Shown here one piece after another: positions 1 to 13,600 of a stretch of DNA of 64,000 nucleotides. The position numbers and the translations under genes were made by a program. Under the pieces are notes generated by a model. The model saw only the letters and a program-made list of their open reading frames with translations. It searched no databases and had not been told where the DNA came from. This DNA is from Eledone cirrhosa (lineage: Eukaryota), in NCBI GenBank assembly GCA_964016885.1, contig OZ024742.1, forward strand, positions 205,158,001 through 205,222,000, read 5' to 3'. The first letter of the stretch is position 1. The number at the start of each line of letters is the position of its first letter.

Positions 1-132
1 CCGTTTTGCGTCCACACTAGCATGGGTTAGACGGGTTGTCCTGTTGTGGGCATTGCCAGGTTGGGTGACCATGTCTTGCTCATATATATATATATATATA
101 TGTATGTATATCTTTCTCATGTTCATTAACAG

Positions 133-222
133 AAGTTGGGTAATAAGGATAAGAAGAAAGTATCAGAGGAAGAATGGCGAGGTTACCCCCTTGAGGAGCG
201 GATAATTTATTCCCTTGTGAAG
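133..222 (+). CDS. MTR: MTR exon ([30 protein letters not shown])
   Basis: aacag| ... |gttag; matches the WR..PVEERL.YALVK start of the cap domain. Confidence 0.88.
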
Positions 223-3200
223 GTTAGTTATTTTCTTCTATTATATGTATTATAACAAAATACACTGCATTGAACAATTTAACTTGTCTCATGTTATTAT
301 TAGGTTAGCTTTGCCTTTCATCCTTACGGGGTCAATAAAATAAAGTAATGCACAGGGGCGATTTAATCAACTTTCCCATCTCCCCAAAATTGTTAACATT
401 GTGCCTAAATCAGAAACCATTATTATTATGTTTTTAGCTCAAATCCCGCCAAGGTTAGCTTTGCCTTTCTTCCTTACGGGGTCAATAAAATAAAATATCA
501 ATAATGCACTGGGGTTGATTTAATCAACATTCCCCTTCCCTTCAAATTGCTGGCCTTGTGACAAATGTAGAAACCATTATGACTATTATTATTGTTGTTA
601 TTATGTTTTGATTTTTATTTCTGTTCATTCAAGTTATCACCAAGTCACAACCAGTGACCTCAAGAGACAAGTCCTGCCATGTTAAAAAATGGAGAAAAAA
701 AAATTTATCAAACTGTAATGTAACGTAACACCCTTACATGGTGTGGTTTTTCTAGTCATATGCCTGGTGTCCATTGATCTGTCTAATTCGTTTGTCTACC
801 AACATATCAGTAAAAAATTATATATATAAGAGAACATGTTCTGCTTTATGTTATACATAAAACTTTACATCTTTGAAATATATATAATTGTTTCTACTTT
901 AGGCACAAGGCCAGCAATTATCCCAGTGCATTACTGGTACTTTATTTTATCGACCCCGTAAGGATGAAAGGCAAAGTTAACCTCGGCGGGATTTGAACTC
1001 AGATCATAAAGGGACGTAACTATGTTGGAAAGCATGGCGTCCGACCCTCTACCGATACTGCCAATCCACCGCCCTTTGAAATATATATAATGAAATAAAT
1101 AGAGATGATATAAAGTTGTATATCTTTTGTTTATTACTAATATTATTATTTTATATATATATATAGATGTTTACAATGAACTTATATTGACAAAATTTTC
1201 CTTAGTATATGGGTCTTTTCCATTAGTGCTATCTTTTGTATTTCTTCTAATTTGGGACAAATAATCATTAAACCCTTAGGTACCTTTCCTTGAGTGCCTA
1301 AAACTACTGGCATTGTTTTAAATCTCAACTTCCACATTTTTCCAATCTTTATTTCTAGGTCTTTATTTTTGCTCAGTTTTTCATTATTATTTTTATCATT
1401 ATTTGGATTGGCAGTGTCGGTAGAGGGTCGGACGCCATCCTTTGACGTATAGAGTTACGGCCCTTGCCATTCTGAGTTCAAATCCCGCCGAGGTTAACTT
1501 TGCCTTTCATCCTTACGGGTGTCGATAAAATAAAGTACCAGTAATGTACTGGGTAATTACTGGCCTTGTGCCAAAAGTAGAAACAATTATTATTTATTTT
1601 TACATAGTGCTGGGGTTCCTACAAAGGGTCTATGGAATAGCATTACTTGATAGAGTGCATAGCTCAGAGATCAGAGAGTCACTCCAGGTAGAGCCACTAC
1701 TCCAAATTGAGAGATCACAGCTCCAAAACTATGGGCATGTGGTTTGAATCTCTCAGGAAAGAATCGCTGGACAGAATTTATGGACAAAACCAACTGGCAG
1801 GACACCCAGGGGTAGATCCTGAGCAAGATAGTTGGATAACATTCATGATCTTGGCTGGTCTTGCTTGTGGATCCACCAGATCTGTTGGAAACAGCTGCTT
1901 CTGACAAGACCCGCTGGCAGGAGTGTTTGAAGACTCTGCCCTCACGACCCTCTCAGAAGGAAGAGAGGGTGGCGATGGCGACAACGATGACTGCTATTGT
2001 TTTTCTTACAATGTGGCTCCATTTTAGAGCTAATAAGATAATAAGAATTGCTTTCTGCTCTTCTAGGTGGTGTCCATTACTTTTCTGATTATTCTGGCAA
2101 TGCCAAGTGGGCATGCTTTTTTGCACAGGCTCTATATCCAGGTCAAATACAATTTATTGCAAAATAAACAGTGCTAAAAGAGGGTACATCACGAATGAGA
2201 TCACGTGAATTAAAAACAGATGCAGCGATCCTGCGAGTGGTGTCACCCATACCAAGCAATTCCTCAAAGTGCTGGAGACGAACGGGTACCCTGCCTCACT
2301 CACAAACAGAATAAGAGACACCAGACGCAAGAGGCAGAGAAACACCCAAGGCAAGTGCTTCCTTGAAATACCACACCTGGGCGAGAATACCACCAACGCC
2401 ATCCGCAAGGCTATATAGAGGGAGGGCCTTGACATCCACCTGGCCCACTTGGGCCCCTCCCTGCGAAGATGCCTCTCCAGGAAACCCGGGAAATCAACTA
2501 CGTGTGCTCCCTCAGAAACTGCCCGATGTGCCATACGAACTGTTGCTTATGCACATACATTGTGTATAAGGTAGAATGTAACAAGTGCAACCACTACTAT
2601 ATAGGTAGCACAATCCGGCCGCTACACATCCGGATCAAGGAGCACATCAACACCAGGGCCTCGTCTTTCCGGAAACACATAACCAAATGCGGAAACAAAG
2701 ACGGAAGGCCCATTGTCACAGTTCTAGCGACGGAAAGAAACATCGGCACTTTGGATCAAACGCCTAGGGCCACAAATAAATAACCGATCCCAGAGAAGCG
2801 AAATGAGGTGGTTGGTTTAAATAAACAAACGAGGCAACAACACACGCACGCACACACACACACACAGTAGCATTCCACCATACGAATATACTACACTGCT
2901 AATACAGACAAACGAAGCAACAACACACGCACACACACACAAGCAAGACAACAACACGCGTACACACACACACACAGTAGCATTCACCAAACAGGCAGAG
3001 AATACTACCACCACCATACACTGCTAATACAGAAACCAGCACGGCCAGATAATACAATGGATTGACAGCTAACGCCACCCCACTCCCACAATTAAAAGAA
3101 CTATTTCGGCCGCCGACCTCTATTTGACCCATTTCACGCACGCACTCTGCTGAATACCTCAGATATTCAAAACAACGAACAGTGGAGGACACGTTTCGCA

Positions 3201-6200
3201 CCTTTCCGACAGATAACCCCCCCCGGAAAACCCCCAGTTGATGGATGTGAATCCGAAATATATAGGGACAATTAAATCTCTCCCAAGATAACTCTATCTC
3301 GTGTTATTATTTTTATTTTTTATGCTCTTTCCTACGTTCTACACACTATACATCTCATTCTACATTCACTTACATCTCTCTCTCCACCACCGGATCTCGT
3401 TACCCGGAGAATTACCCATCTGCATTGTTGAGGCTTCCAAAACGACCTAAAGAAAATATATCTTATTATTCCACAATGCTTCAAGCAAACTTCAATACTC
3501 TCTTATAAATATAAATATAATTTATCAAAGTTCTTTTGTCACACATTTCTATGACATCTTCAGTGATTATCACTGTGTTTCCTCCCATTGTGTTTCTATA
3601 ATGTTTTTGGAGTTGTTTCTGTTTGCGCTTACGTTTGTGTGCATGTATTCTGTTTGGTGTATGCTCGGGTGTTCATGTCTGAGTCTGCGTGTGTTTATGC
3701 AAAACAAGTACATCACCGATTGTATTAATTTTCTTTTTGTTATTGTTTTTATGTTTGTTATATTTTGTTGTTATTTGTATTAAAGGGAATTGACACATCC
3801 ATCATACAAGATGTGGAGGAGGCTCATCAGTCGGTGGATGTTTATGAAACACCTCTTAAGATAATTGAAGGTCCTTTAATGAAGGTTAACATATTATTAT
3901 CATCATCATCATATACATCACTATTTTTTAAAATAATGTTACAGTATTGTTAGTATTATAATAGTGTTACAGTAATATTACAGTAAGGTTAGTGTTACAA
4001 CAGTGTTCCAATAATGTTACAATATAGTTAGTGTTAGAACTGTGTTACAGTAATATAGTTAGTTTTATAGTAGTCATCATACAATATGTAATATAGAAGT
4101 CCTATAGTGTTACAGTCAGTAATATAGAAGTCCTATAGTGTTACAGTCAGTAATATAGAAGTCTTATAGTGTTACAGTCAGTAATGTAGAAGTCCTATAG
4201 TTATGTGGCTGTTATAGTATTGTTTTATCCATATTTATCAGGGAATGAACAAGGTTGGAGATTTGTTTGGTTCTGGTAAGATGTTCCTGCCACAAGTTAT
4301 TAAGTCTGCCCGTGTTATGAAGAAAGCTGTGGCATATCTGACCCCTTTTATGGAAGAGGGTAAAGAAAAAGGATTAAATGTAAGCAAAATGTTTCCCCTA
4401 TGATTCTATAATGGTGTCTCTTACTTGATGTGGATTTTGGTTATGACTGGAAAGTATGAATAACACTGTAACAAAAAAAATATTTTCTCTTTTCCTGGCT
4501 TGTAATCACTTTTTTTGTGTTGCTTAGGTCCCAAATAAATAAAAAAAAGTGCTATTAAACAGTTAAAAGTTTGGGTTTGTAAAAATTCTAAGCTATTCAC
4601 TAGAATTATTTGTAAGCTGGATTTTACGTTGTATGTAAGTTTAATTTGCTTATGTTAAATGATTTTTTTTATATGTTTCAGGTTAAATTTAAATTATAAA
4701 ATAAAGAGTAATACCTAAAGAAAATTATAAAAGTGCAATAAAGTATAAAATTGTTAAAAAGTGGATTAAAGAGATTTATTGATACTGGAGTACCAGAAAA
4801 AGTTCCTCACTTCCCAAACCAAAAAGAAGTCAATGACTTGGTCAGGGATATGGGTTTGACCAAGTCCAATGCAGAGTTATTCGTCTCCAGGATGGAGCAG
4901 TGGAACTTGATCAAGGAAGAAGTGCAGGTGACAAGTCAGAGAAGTTGACACAAACCTTTCTCAGGCTTTTACACTCTTAGGGATGGCCTCTGCTTCTGCC
5001 ATGACGTGCTTGGACTGTTTGACGTTATTGGGGTGCCGTTTGTGCCCAAGGAGTGGCGGCTATTTATAGACAGCTCCACCACAAGTTTTTTAAGTACCTT
5101 CTTGAGTTCTTCCCCAAGTTATATGTGGCCAAAATCAAAGGTGGAATTTTTGTTGGAGTTCTCCAATAAGCTCAATAGGATTGAGAGAACAGCATGGAAC
5201 TGTTTCAAGGCAGTTGTTAAGGGCTTCTTGGGAAACTACAGAGCTGAAAACTACCAGCAACTGGTCCAGGATCTGATAAAGGCTTTTGGCGCCATGGCAT
5301 GCAGGATGTCTCTTAAACTCCATATGCTAGACGCTCACCTGGAAAAATTCAAGGACAATATGGCCATTTACTCAGAAGAACAAGGCGAATGATTCCACCA
5401 AGATGTGAAAGAGATAGAGCGGAGGTACCAGGGCCACTACAATGAAAAAATGATGGGGGACTATATCTGGGGGGCTAGTGTGGGAATGCGACCTGGACTA
5501 CAACCGCAAATCCAGGAAATCCAGTCATTTCTGACGTGTATAAGTTGCTTTATAAGTGTTATTTGTTTTTACTTGTTTGCTTTTGATAAGCTTGTGTAAT
5601 AAAATAAATATATACTCTGTTGATTTAATTATATGAACTGATAAATTTTTTTTAAATGTGTTTTTTCTTGAAAAATATGAACATTTTGAAATATCAAACT
5701 CCTGACTCCAAACCCAAACTTCTGATTAAATAATAGTGTTTTTGTTATAATAATGGGATATAACAAACCAGTAAATGACACTTAGAACCGGGAAACAAAA
5801 AATATGTTACACAGTGTAATTCATAGTTTAAATAAATTAATCAATAAGAAAGATATGAACTGATCTGATGCAATTCCTCGATACACAGTCATCATAGGAG
5901 GGAGAGGTAGAGTGAATATGGACAGATCCAATTCCATCTCTCATTACACAACTGGTATGGTTCATTGATTCAGAGGAAGTGTGCATGATAAAGAGATGAA
6001 AGGGCATTGAAGATGTGATAATGAGGGTGTCAGGGTAGATAAAGTCTTAAAAGGAACATATTGGACAACAGAGTAAAATATAGATATACAGTGGAACCTT
6101 GGTTCATGAAAGACTCTCATCACGAACAAATTGGTTCACAAACAATTTTTTCAAACCTAAAACATCTCGGTTTATGAACATTATCTCGTGTAACAGACAT

Positions 6201-9200
6201 GCAATCTGGCAACAATGGTTGGCAACAAGCTTGGAATATCGGTGGGAAAACGTCACTTGCTGTATAATTAGTTACTACTAGCAGAATGGCCCGGTGTTGC
6301 TCGAGATTCTAAACATAGATTAGCATGTTTATCCCTCCTGTCTGAAACAGTACAGAGAAGTACGGAATACCTCGGCCTTGGGATGGTGTCTATATTTGGT
6401 GCTTATAAAAAAAGTTTGTCATAGATTACCAGGGTTTTTTTCTGTGCAAAGAAATCAATACTTTATCACAAAATAAATACTTTTGTTTATATTTTGTTAT
6501 TGTGTATGCAAAAATATCTGTACACAAATATATAATTATATATATATATATATATATATTAAAATAACAGATTAAAGTTTAAAAAATAATCGCTGCTTTC
6601 ACCCTTAATAGGATCTTCTGAAACTAAAAAAAATCAATCTTTGAACACAGAAGTAAATAATTCGAAAAACGTTACACACTATATATATATACACACACAC
6701 TATATATACATATATACACACACAGCGTCATAATGTCGTAATGCAGACAGATATTATAAGGGCGCGACGTTGTAGCTATGTATCTATCTAAAAAGAGACA
6801 GACTAAGAATTATAGAGAGAGATCGCTAAATCGCCTAATGCGGTCCTTAGGGCATGGAAAATTTGAAATATATTTTGCTCAAAACACTCACAAGACCATA
6901 AGTATTACATGTGTAAAGTTTGAAAACAATCGGTTGGGTGGTTCTCGAGTTTTAGGGAGTCAGACAGACAGACATTCTCTGTTTTAGATATATAGATGAT
7001 GATATCTATCTGTCTTTCACACACAGTCTTTCTCACTCTCTCACTGTATTTCTTTCTCAACATTTCATATGGGAATAATAGTTTTGGCTTACAAACATTT
7101 CAGATGACAAATAGCCTTCAGGAATGAATTTAGTTTGTGAACTGAGGTTCTACTGTATTATATATCCCAATTTTCATCACTACCAATATTTTAACATTCA
7201 TTTTTCCATACTTGCACAAGTGAGTGTGTCTTCTCTAGCATTATGCCATGCCAATCTTTGAGTCCCTTTATAGGGCTCAGCATGTTGTGATTAGTCTTTA
7301 CTACTTCATCCCATGACTTCCTAGGTCACTCTTTCCATGGGTTCTATCCACTTCAAGCATCCAACACTTCTTTTTACTGCTATCATCCTCTATACTCATC
7401 ACATGTCCATATCAGTGCAGTCTTCTCTCTTGCATACTACATCTGATTTCTCTTATTCTTTTCTCTTATTCCTGATCTTTTGATACTTGTGATTCAGAAA
7501 GTATTAGTCACCTTAGATGTTGTTGTTGTTGTTGTTGTTGTCATTATTTGTTATTAACTTTACAGGAGAGAAGCTATAGTGGCACCATGGTAATAGCAAC
7601 AGTGAAAGGTGATGTCCATGATATAGGGAAAAACATTGTTGCTGTTGTACTTGGCTGCAATAATTACAAGTAAGTTATATTTATATATCATCACACTTAT
7701 CACCATCATTCTCATCATCATCATTGATTAACGTCCATCTTCCATGCTAGCATGGGTTAGACGGATCCCATTTAGAGGCAAGTTGTGTCGGGTGACCGTG
7801 TCTCGCTCATATAGGGGTGTTTCTGGCTGCTTTTCTATGGCTGGATGCCCTTCCTATCATTGTTTTTATTCCATTTTTCCATACTGGTATGGGTTGGATG
7901 GGACTTTTTGAGGCAGTGTCTTACAACCTAACCAGATGCCTTTCTTGATGCCTACCCTTAAAATTGCTTCTTACGACATGCAATGAATGATATTGTGTAC
8001 TCTCGGATCCCAAATTATAGGTGGAGGGGGTTGGAATAAGTGGGGGGGGGGGAGTTGGTAATTTTCCTAGGTTGTCTCCGTGTTAAAAAACAGGAATTGG
8101 TTATTTAGTTTACATATTGAGACCCCAACCCATCCTATTTATTTTATAACATGGGATTTCTTGTAATGTTCTTTTTTGTTATGTATAATGTTTAGTAATG
8201 TATAAAAAAAATTAATTGTTACAAGAATTCTACCACCTAAAATAAAATTTCCCCGGAGATTGATTAGCAAAATTTAATAAATGAGTGATAGGAGATGAAT
8301 GAGGGGGTTCAAAAAAATCTGAAAAATTTATAAGCAGTGGAAGGCAATTATTCAAGACCCAAGAGTAACCATTATGCAAATTAGACTAACCATTTCAGCT
8401 AGTTACTGTATTGTGTATGAGATATATCAAGTTACTATAGCAATATTCAACCATACACAGAATTATGGAGGTAGTTATTCTCTGGTGAGGGTGTGATAAT
8501 GTCTAAAACACATAAGAGTAATTTTTTATATTTTTCCTGTACCAGCATAGAAAGATGAACTCATTCCACAATATATTGCCCGACATCACTCACTCTCTTC
8601 AAAGCCACCCCCATCAACCAACACTTACTCTCCTTGTCCGTCTCCTACTGTGGGATGATTTACACACTCAGCTATATGTAGCTTCCCTACCCCATGTTCT
8701 CATCCTATACACCTCTACTCCCATCCTAGCCCAAGCAAGGACACAACACACACTCTATAGTGTTGTAATTTGGTGCCACAATAAATGCTCCCAGGCCACC
8801 TGGTAAAATGATAGTGCTGGTGGCACAATAAAATTCATCCAGTACACACAGGGTGTTAGGAAGGGCATCTAACTATAGAAATCAAGCCCAAAATGGAACA
8901 TATGAGCAAGATGTGGTCCCTTCACCTATCTAGTCTCAGGAAGATGACTATTCATCTAATCCATGCATGCATAGGATATAGATATTAAATATGTGATGTT
9001 GATCATGATGGAGGAATAGTTGAAAGTGTTTACACTTCGCACTTCATTCTTTCTACAGTGAAGACTTCTAATTAAAAAATGGTTATATCTCCCTTGCGTT
9101 TACCTTAAAATCTTCAAATATATAGTGAATAGAGAAAAGGATTTGTGGTCATCAGGCCATGGGTTCAATTCCTGGACTAGATGCTACCATTGTTTTCTTG

Positions 9201-10650
9201 AGCCAAACACTTTATTTCACATTGCTTTTCATAGGTCAAAGCCCTATCATTAACACATCTGGGAAACTTCCTATGAGTTAGATCTACCAAACCAAATTGT
9301 AAAATTATAATATAAAATTAAATTGAATTGTTTAGAACTACAAGTGAAGTCATTCTTTTCCTTTTTTTAAATGTACCTAACTGTACCAAAGATTTCACAC
9401 ATTTTCCAATATATATATACTAGCAGTGGTACCCGGCATTGCACGGGATAAGGTATTTTGGGACGCGAGCCGCCAACAGACCTAATCGTGGAAAAACTGC
9501 ATGCCTGGACAATATGTAGAGAAAATAAACCGAATACTCTGATGGCTGGATAATCTTTAAGATTTTCCTAGGGGATCAAGAAAATGAATTATTTTTATGT
9601 GCATAATATGCCTTGAAATTTCGGGAAAATCGGCTAGACGTAACGCCTCAAAAAAGCCCTAAAAACCTGAAAAAATGAAGTTTTTCACCTAATGCGGGCC
9701 CTAGGGCATAAAAAAAGTTGGATTTTCTTTGCTCACAGTATGAAGAAGAGACTGACTAATACATAGTTACAATTTCAAGGAAATCGGTCTGACGTAACGC
9801 CTCAAAAAACCCATAAAAAGCTGAAAAAAAAAACACAGTTTTGCACCTAATGCGGGCCCTAGGGGATAACACTCCCTGAAATATAAGTAATACACATGTA
9901 AAGTTTGAAAAAATTCGGTTGGGTACTTCTCGAGTTTTAGGGATTCAAACTCAGACACACACACACAGACAGACATCCTCAGGGAAGTGACGTAATGCAG
10001 ACATACAGACAGATATTATAAGGGCGCGACGTTATATGTATGTATCTACCTAAAAAGAGAAAGACTAAGAATTATAGGGAGAGATCGCTAAATCGCCTAA
10101 TGTGGTCCCTAAATTTATTTTGCTCAGAACACTCCCTGAAACATAAGTATTACATGTGTAAAGTTTGAAAACAGTCGGTTGGGTGCTTCTCGAGTTTTAG
10201 GGATTCAAACTCACACATACACACAGCAGACATCCTCAGTTTTATATATATATAACCAAATGTTAAACAAGGTTCATTGATTAATCAATGAATATAGTTT
10301 TACAATAGATTAAAAGCACTCAACAAAGAAGTTTTCTGGAGTTATTAATATTATTCAAAATATTAATAAATGGAGACATTCACGTAATCAAAATATGTTT
10401 TATTGTATATATTTCGGAGGTACTGTTGTATGACATACCTCAACTGTGCTGATGGTTCAATTCCAGTCTTGGCAGCCCAGTGACTACCAAGACTGGAATT
10501 GAACCACCAGCACAGTTGAGGTATGTCATACATCAATTTATGTATTTTATCTGATGAGGACGTACTGAAAAAACAGCACAGTACCTCCGAAATATATATA
10601 ATATAACATATATTTTGATTACGTGAATGTCTCCATTTATTAATATTTTG

Positions 10651-10694
<44 letters not shown>

Positions 10695-13600
10695 ATTAGG
10701 AGGATCCTCAATTGTGTCAAAGGCATGACAACTTCTCTTGAACACTCGATGGAACATGAGACCATATATAAGTGAAACATAGATCCCTGGCTTGTTTGGG
10801 AGATCAGTGGCTCCACTTCTTATGGACTTGGTCTATATAGACCTGTCCAGCCCTTGCTAGCTGGGAAAGCAGGCGTTTAAATGATAACGATGATGATATA
10901 GTGTATCCAGTTTAGAATTAGTATGCCATATCCCTGTTTTTTGTTAAAAGCAACTATAAGGGTTGGTATCTGGAAGGGCATCCGGCTGTCAAACTTGGCC
11001 TCATTAATGCCAGCATGGAAAAGTCGATGTAAAAACAATGGTGATGATATACATATATATATATAAATGAAAGTTTTATTTGAAATCCTGTACATTGTTT
11101 ATATTTTACAGAATTGTTGACCTTGGTGTGATGATCCCTTGTGAGAAGATACTCAGTACTGCCATCAATATAAATGCTGGTTTGATCATTATTTTTATCA
11201 TCAATTATTGTATAAATAATTAATTTATTATTTTCCTTATCATTCTTTCATTGTATTTATCACCAATTCAATATATTTATTACCAATTCAATATATTTAT
11301 TACCAATTCAATATATTTATCACCTCACGAGATGGAATGGCTCTTCCAGCACCATCCTCCAGGGAAACACCTTCTCCATTCTGTCTGCCGAGGCTGTGGG
11401 GCGGCCGGCACGTGGGATCCCATTTGCTCACTATACAGAGCAATGGGGAGGGCGAGAGAGATGGGGGGTGATGACGGTGGGAGTTCGGTTCTTCCGTGTT
11501 TGGACACATTGCACCTGTCAGATAATGTTCATGAGGGTGTTTGGCTATCTCAATGCCTTAACCTCCCTATTCCCTGCGGTAATACAGTGAGTGTTTGGGA
11601 TTACCGCAACCATTAATTAATTATCTATGTCCCTATCACTGTTGTTTTGTTAATTCTGTGAGTTAGGTCACCTAAAACAAAAGCTATCAGCTACTTCTAT
11701 AGCACCATCCTGGGTTTAATCATAATTATTCATTATCATCAGGGCGGTGGATTGGCAGAATCGGTAGAGCATTGGACAGCATGCTTAGTAGCATATAGTT
11801 ATGTCCCTTTATGTTCTGAGTTCAAATCCTGCCAAGGTTAGCTTTGCCTTTCATCTTTATAGGGTTCATCATCATCGTTTATCATCATCATCATCATCGT
11901 CTATCTTCCACGCTAGCATGGGTTTAGACGGGAATTGTCCCACTTGAAGCAAGATTGGCCGTCTCGCTTGTATGGGACTGTCTGGCAGGTTTTCTATGGC
12001 TGGATGCCCTTCCTAACACCAACCACGTTTACAGTATGGACTGGGAGGTTTTTACCTACACGGCCACATTACAGCGTGGACTGTGTGTTTTTTTGTTGTG
12101 ACACCTACACAACCTCATTTATTTAGGACTGGATGTTGTGATACCAACATAACTTTACAAAGAAAGGGGTGGTGTTGATGGGGGTGGGGGAGTTGGGGTA
12201 GTGGGACGGGAGTGTATATTTGATTAAGAGGTGCCTACTGACTGTAGGTTTCGTTTTGTACTTAGGCAAGGCGGGTTTTCTGTATTACTGCGTAGCGCCA
12301 AAGATCTCGGTCCAGTGACATTGCCTTAGAGAGGTGTAAGTGTGTGAGGTCGGAATTTATCAAATCGTCCCAGGTTTTTCTGGGTCTGCCTACTCTGTAA
12401 CTTCCGTCAAATTTGATCGCCCTGCACTTTTTTATACAGCTGTTGTCTTTCATGCGCACACGTGACCATACCAACGTAGTCCTCTCTCGAGTAAACAGCA
12501 TCTGATCCCTCTTATACCTAATTTCTCACTTAGTTCATTTATGCTTTGCTGTTCACGTATATTACTATTACACATCCAGCGAAGCATGCATGCTTCGTTC
12601 CTCTCCAGTCTGCGCAGATCCTCTGCACACAATACCCATGTCTCACTGCCATGTAACATAGCTGTTCGTATGCAGTCATCATACAGTCTGCCTTTCATTT
12701 TTAGAGAGAAACCTTTAGCGGCCAATAGTGGTATAAGCTCTCTGAATTTTTTCCATCCCGTACTGACTCTGGCTACTGTACTTTCTGAGCACCTTCTACC
12801 ACTGCTGATTTTGTCACCCAGGTAACGGAAAGTGTCCACTATTGCTATAGAGCCATCTGGGCAATAGAAGGAGCTAGTATCCTGTGGGCACTTGCTACTT
12901 ATTGCACCTGAGCACGGGCCACATATAAAATCTACGTTCTTAGATAGCTTACCTGTGATAGCTTACCTACATCTTTTATGCAGATGCTATGAGCGCTATG
13001 AGCGTTAGATCATCTGCATAGAGAAGTTCCCATGGGCAGCCGGTCTTGAACTCCTCTGTTATAGCCTGAAGGGCAATAATAAATAGGAGGGGGCTAAGGA
13101 CAGAGTCCTGATGAACACCAACTTTTATGCTAAATTCTTCACTATATTCGTCGTTAATTCTAACCTGGCTGACTGTTTCTTTATACATGGCTTGTATAGC
13201 TCTCACAAGCGATTCATCAACCGCTAGTTTTCTAAGGGCTCACCAGATAATTGGGCGGGGGACTCTGTCAAATGCTTTCTCCAAGTCACAAAAGCTAAGT
13301 ATAGGGGTTTACTTTTAGCTAGGTACTTCTTCTGTAGTTGTTGTACAAGGAAAAGGGCGTCTGTGGTACTTTTACACAAACCCAAACTGCATTTCATCTA
13401 GATCAATTTGCTCTCTGATTAGTTGCGCTATCATTTTTTCTGTGACTTTCATGACCTGGTCAATTAATTTAATGCCTCTATAGTTTCCTCTATGTAGTGC
13501 ATCTCCTTTACCCTTGTAGCAGTTAATGATGATGCTGCTATGCCAGTCATTTGGTATGACCCCGTTCTGTATGACTTGATTTACTATCCGGGTGACCATA

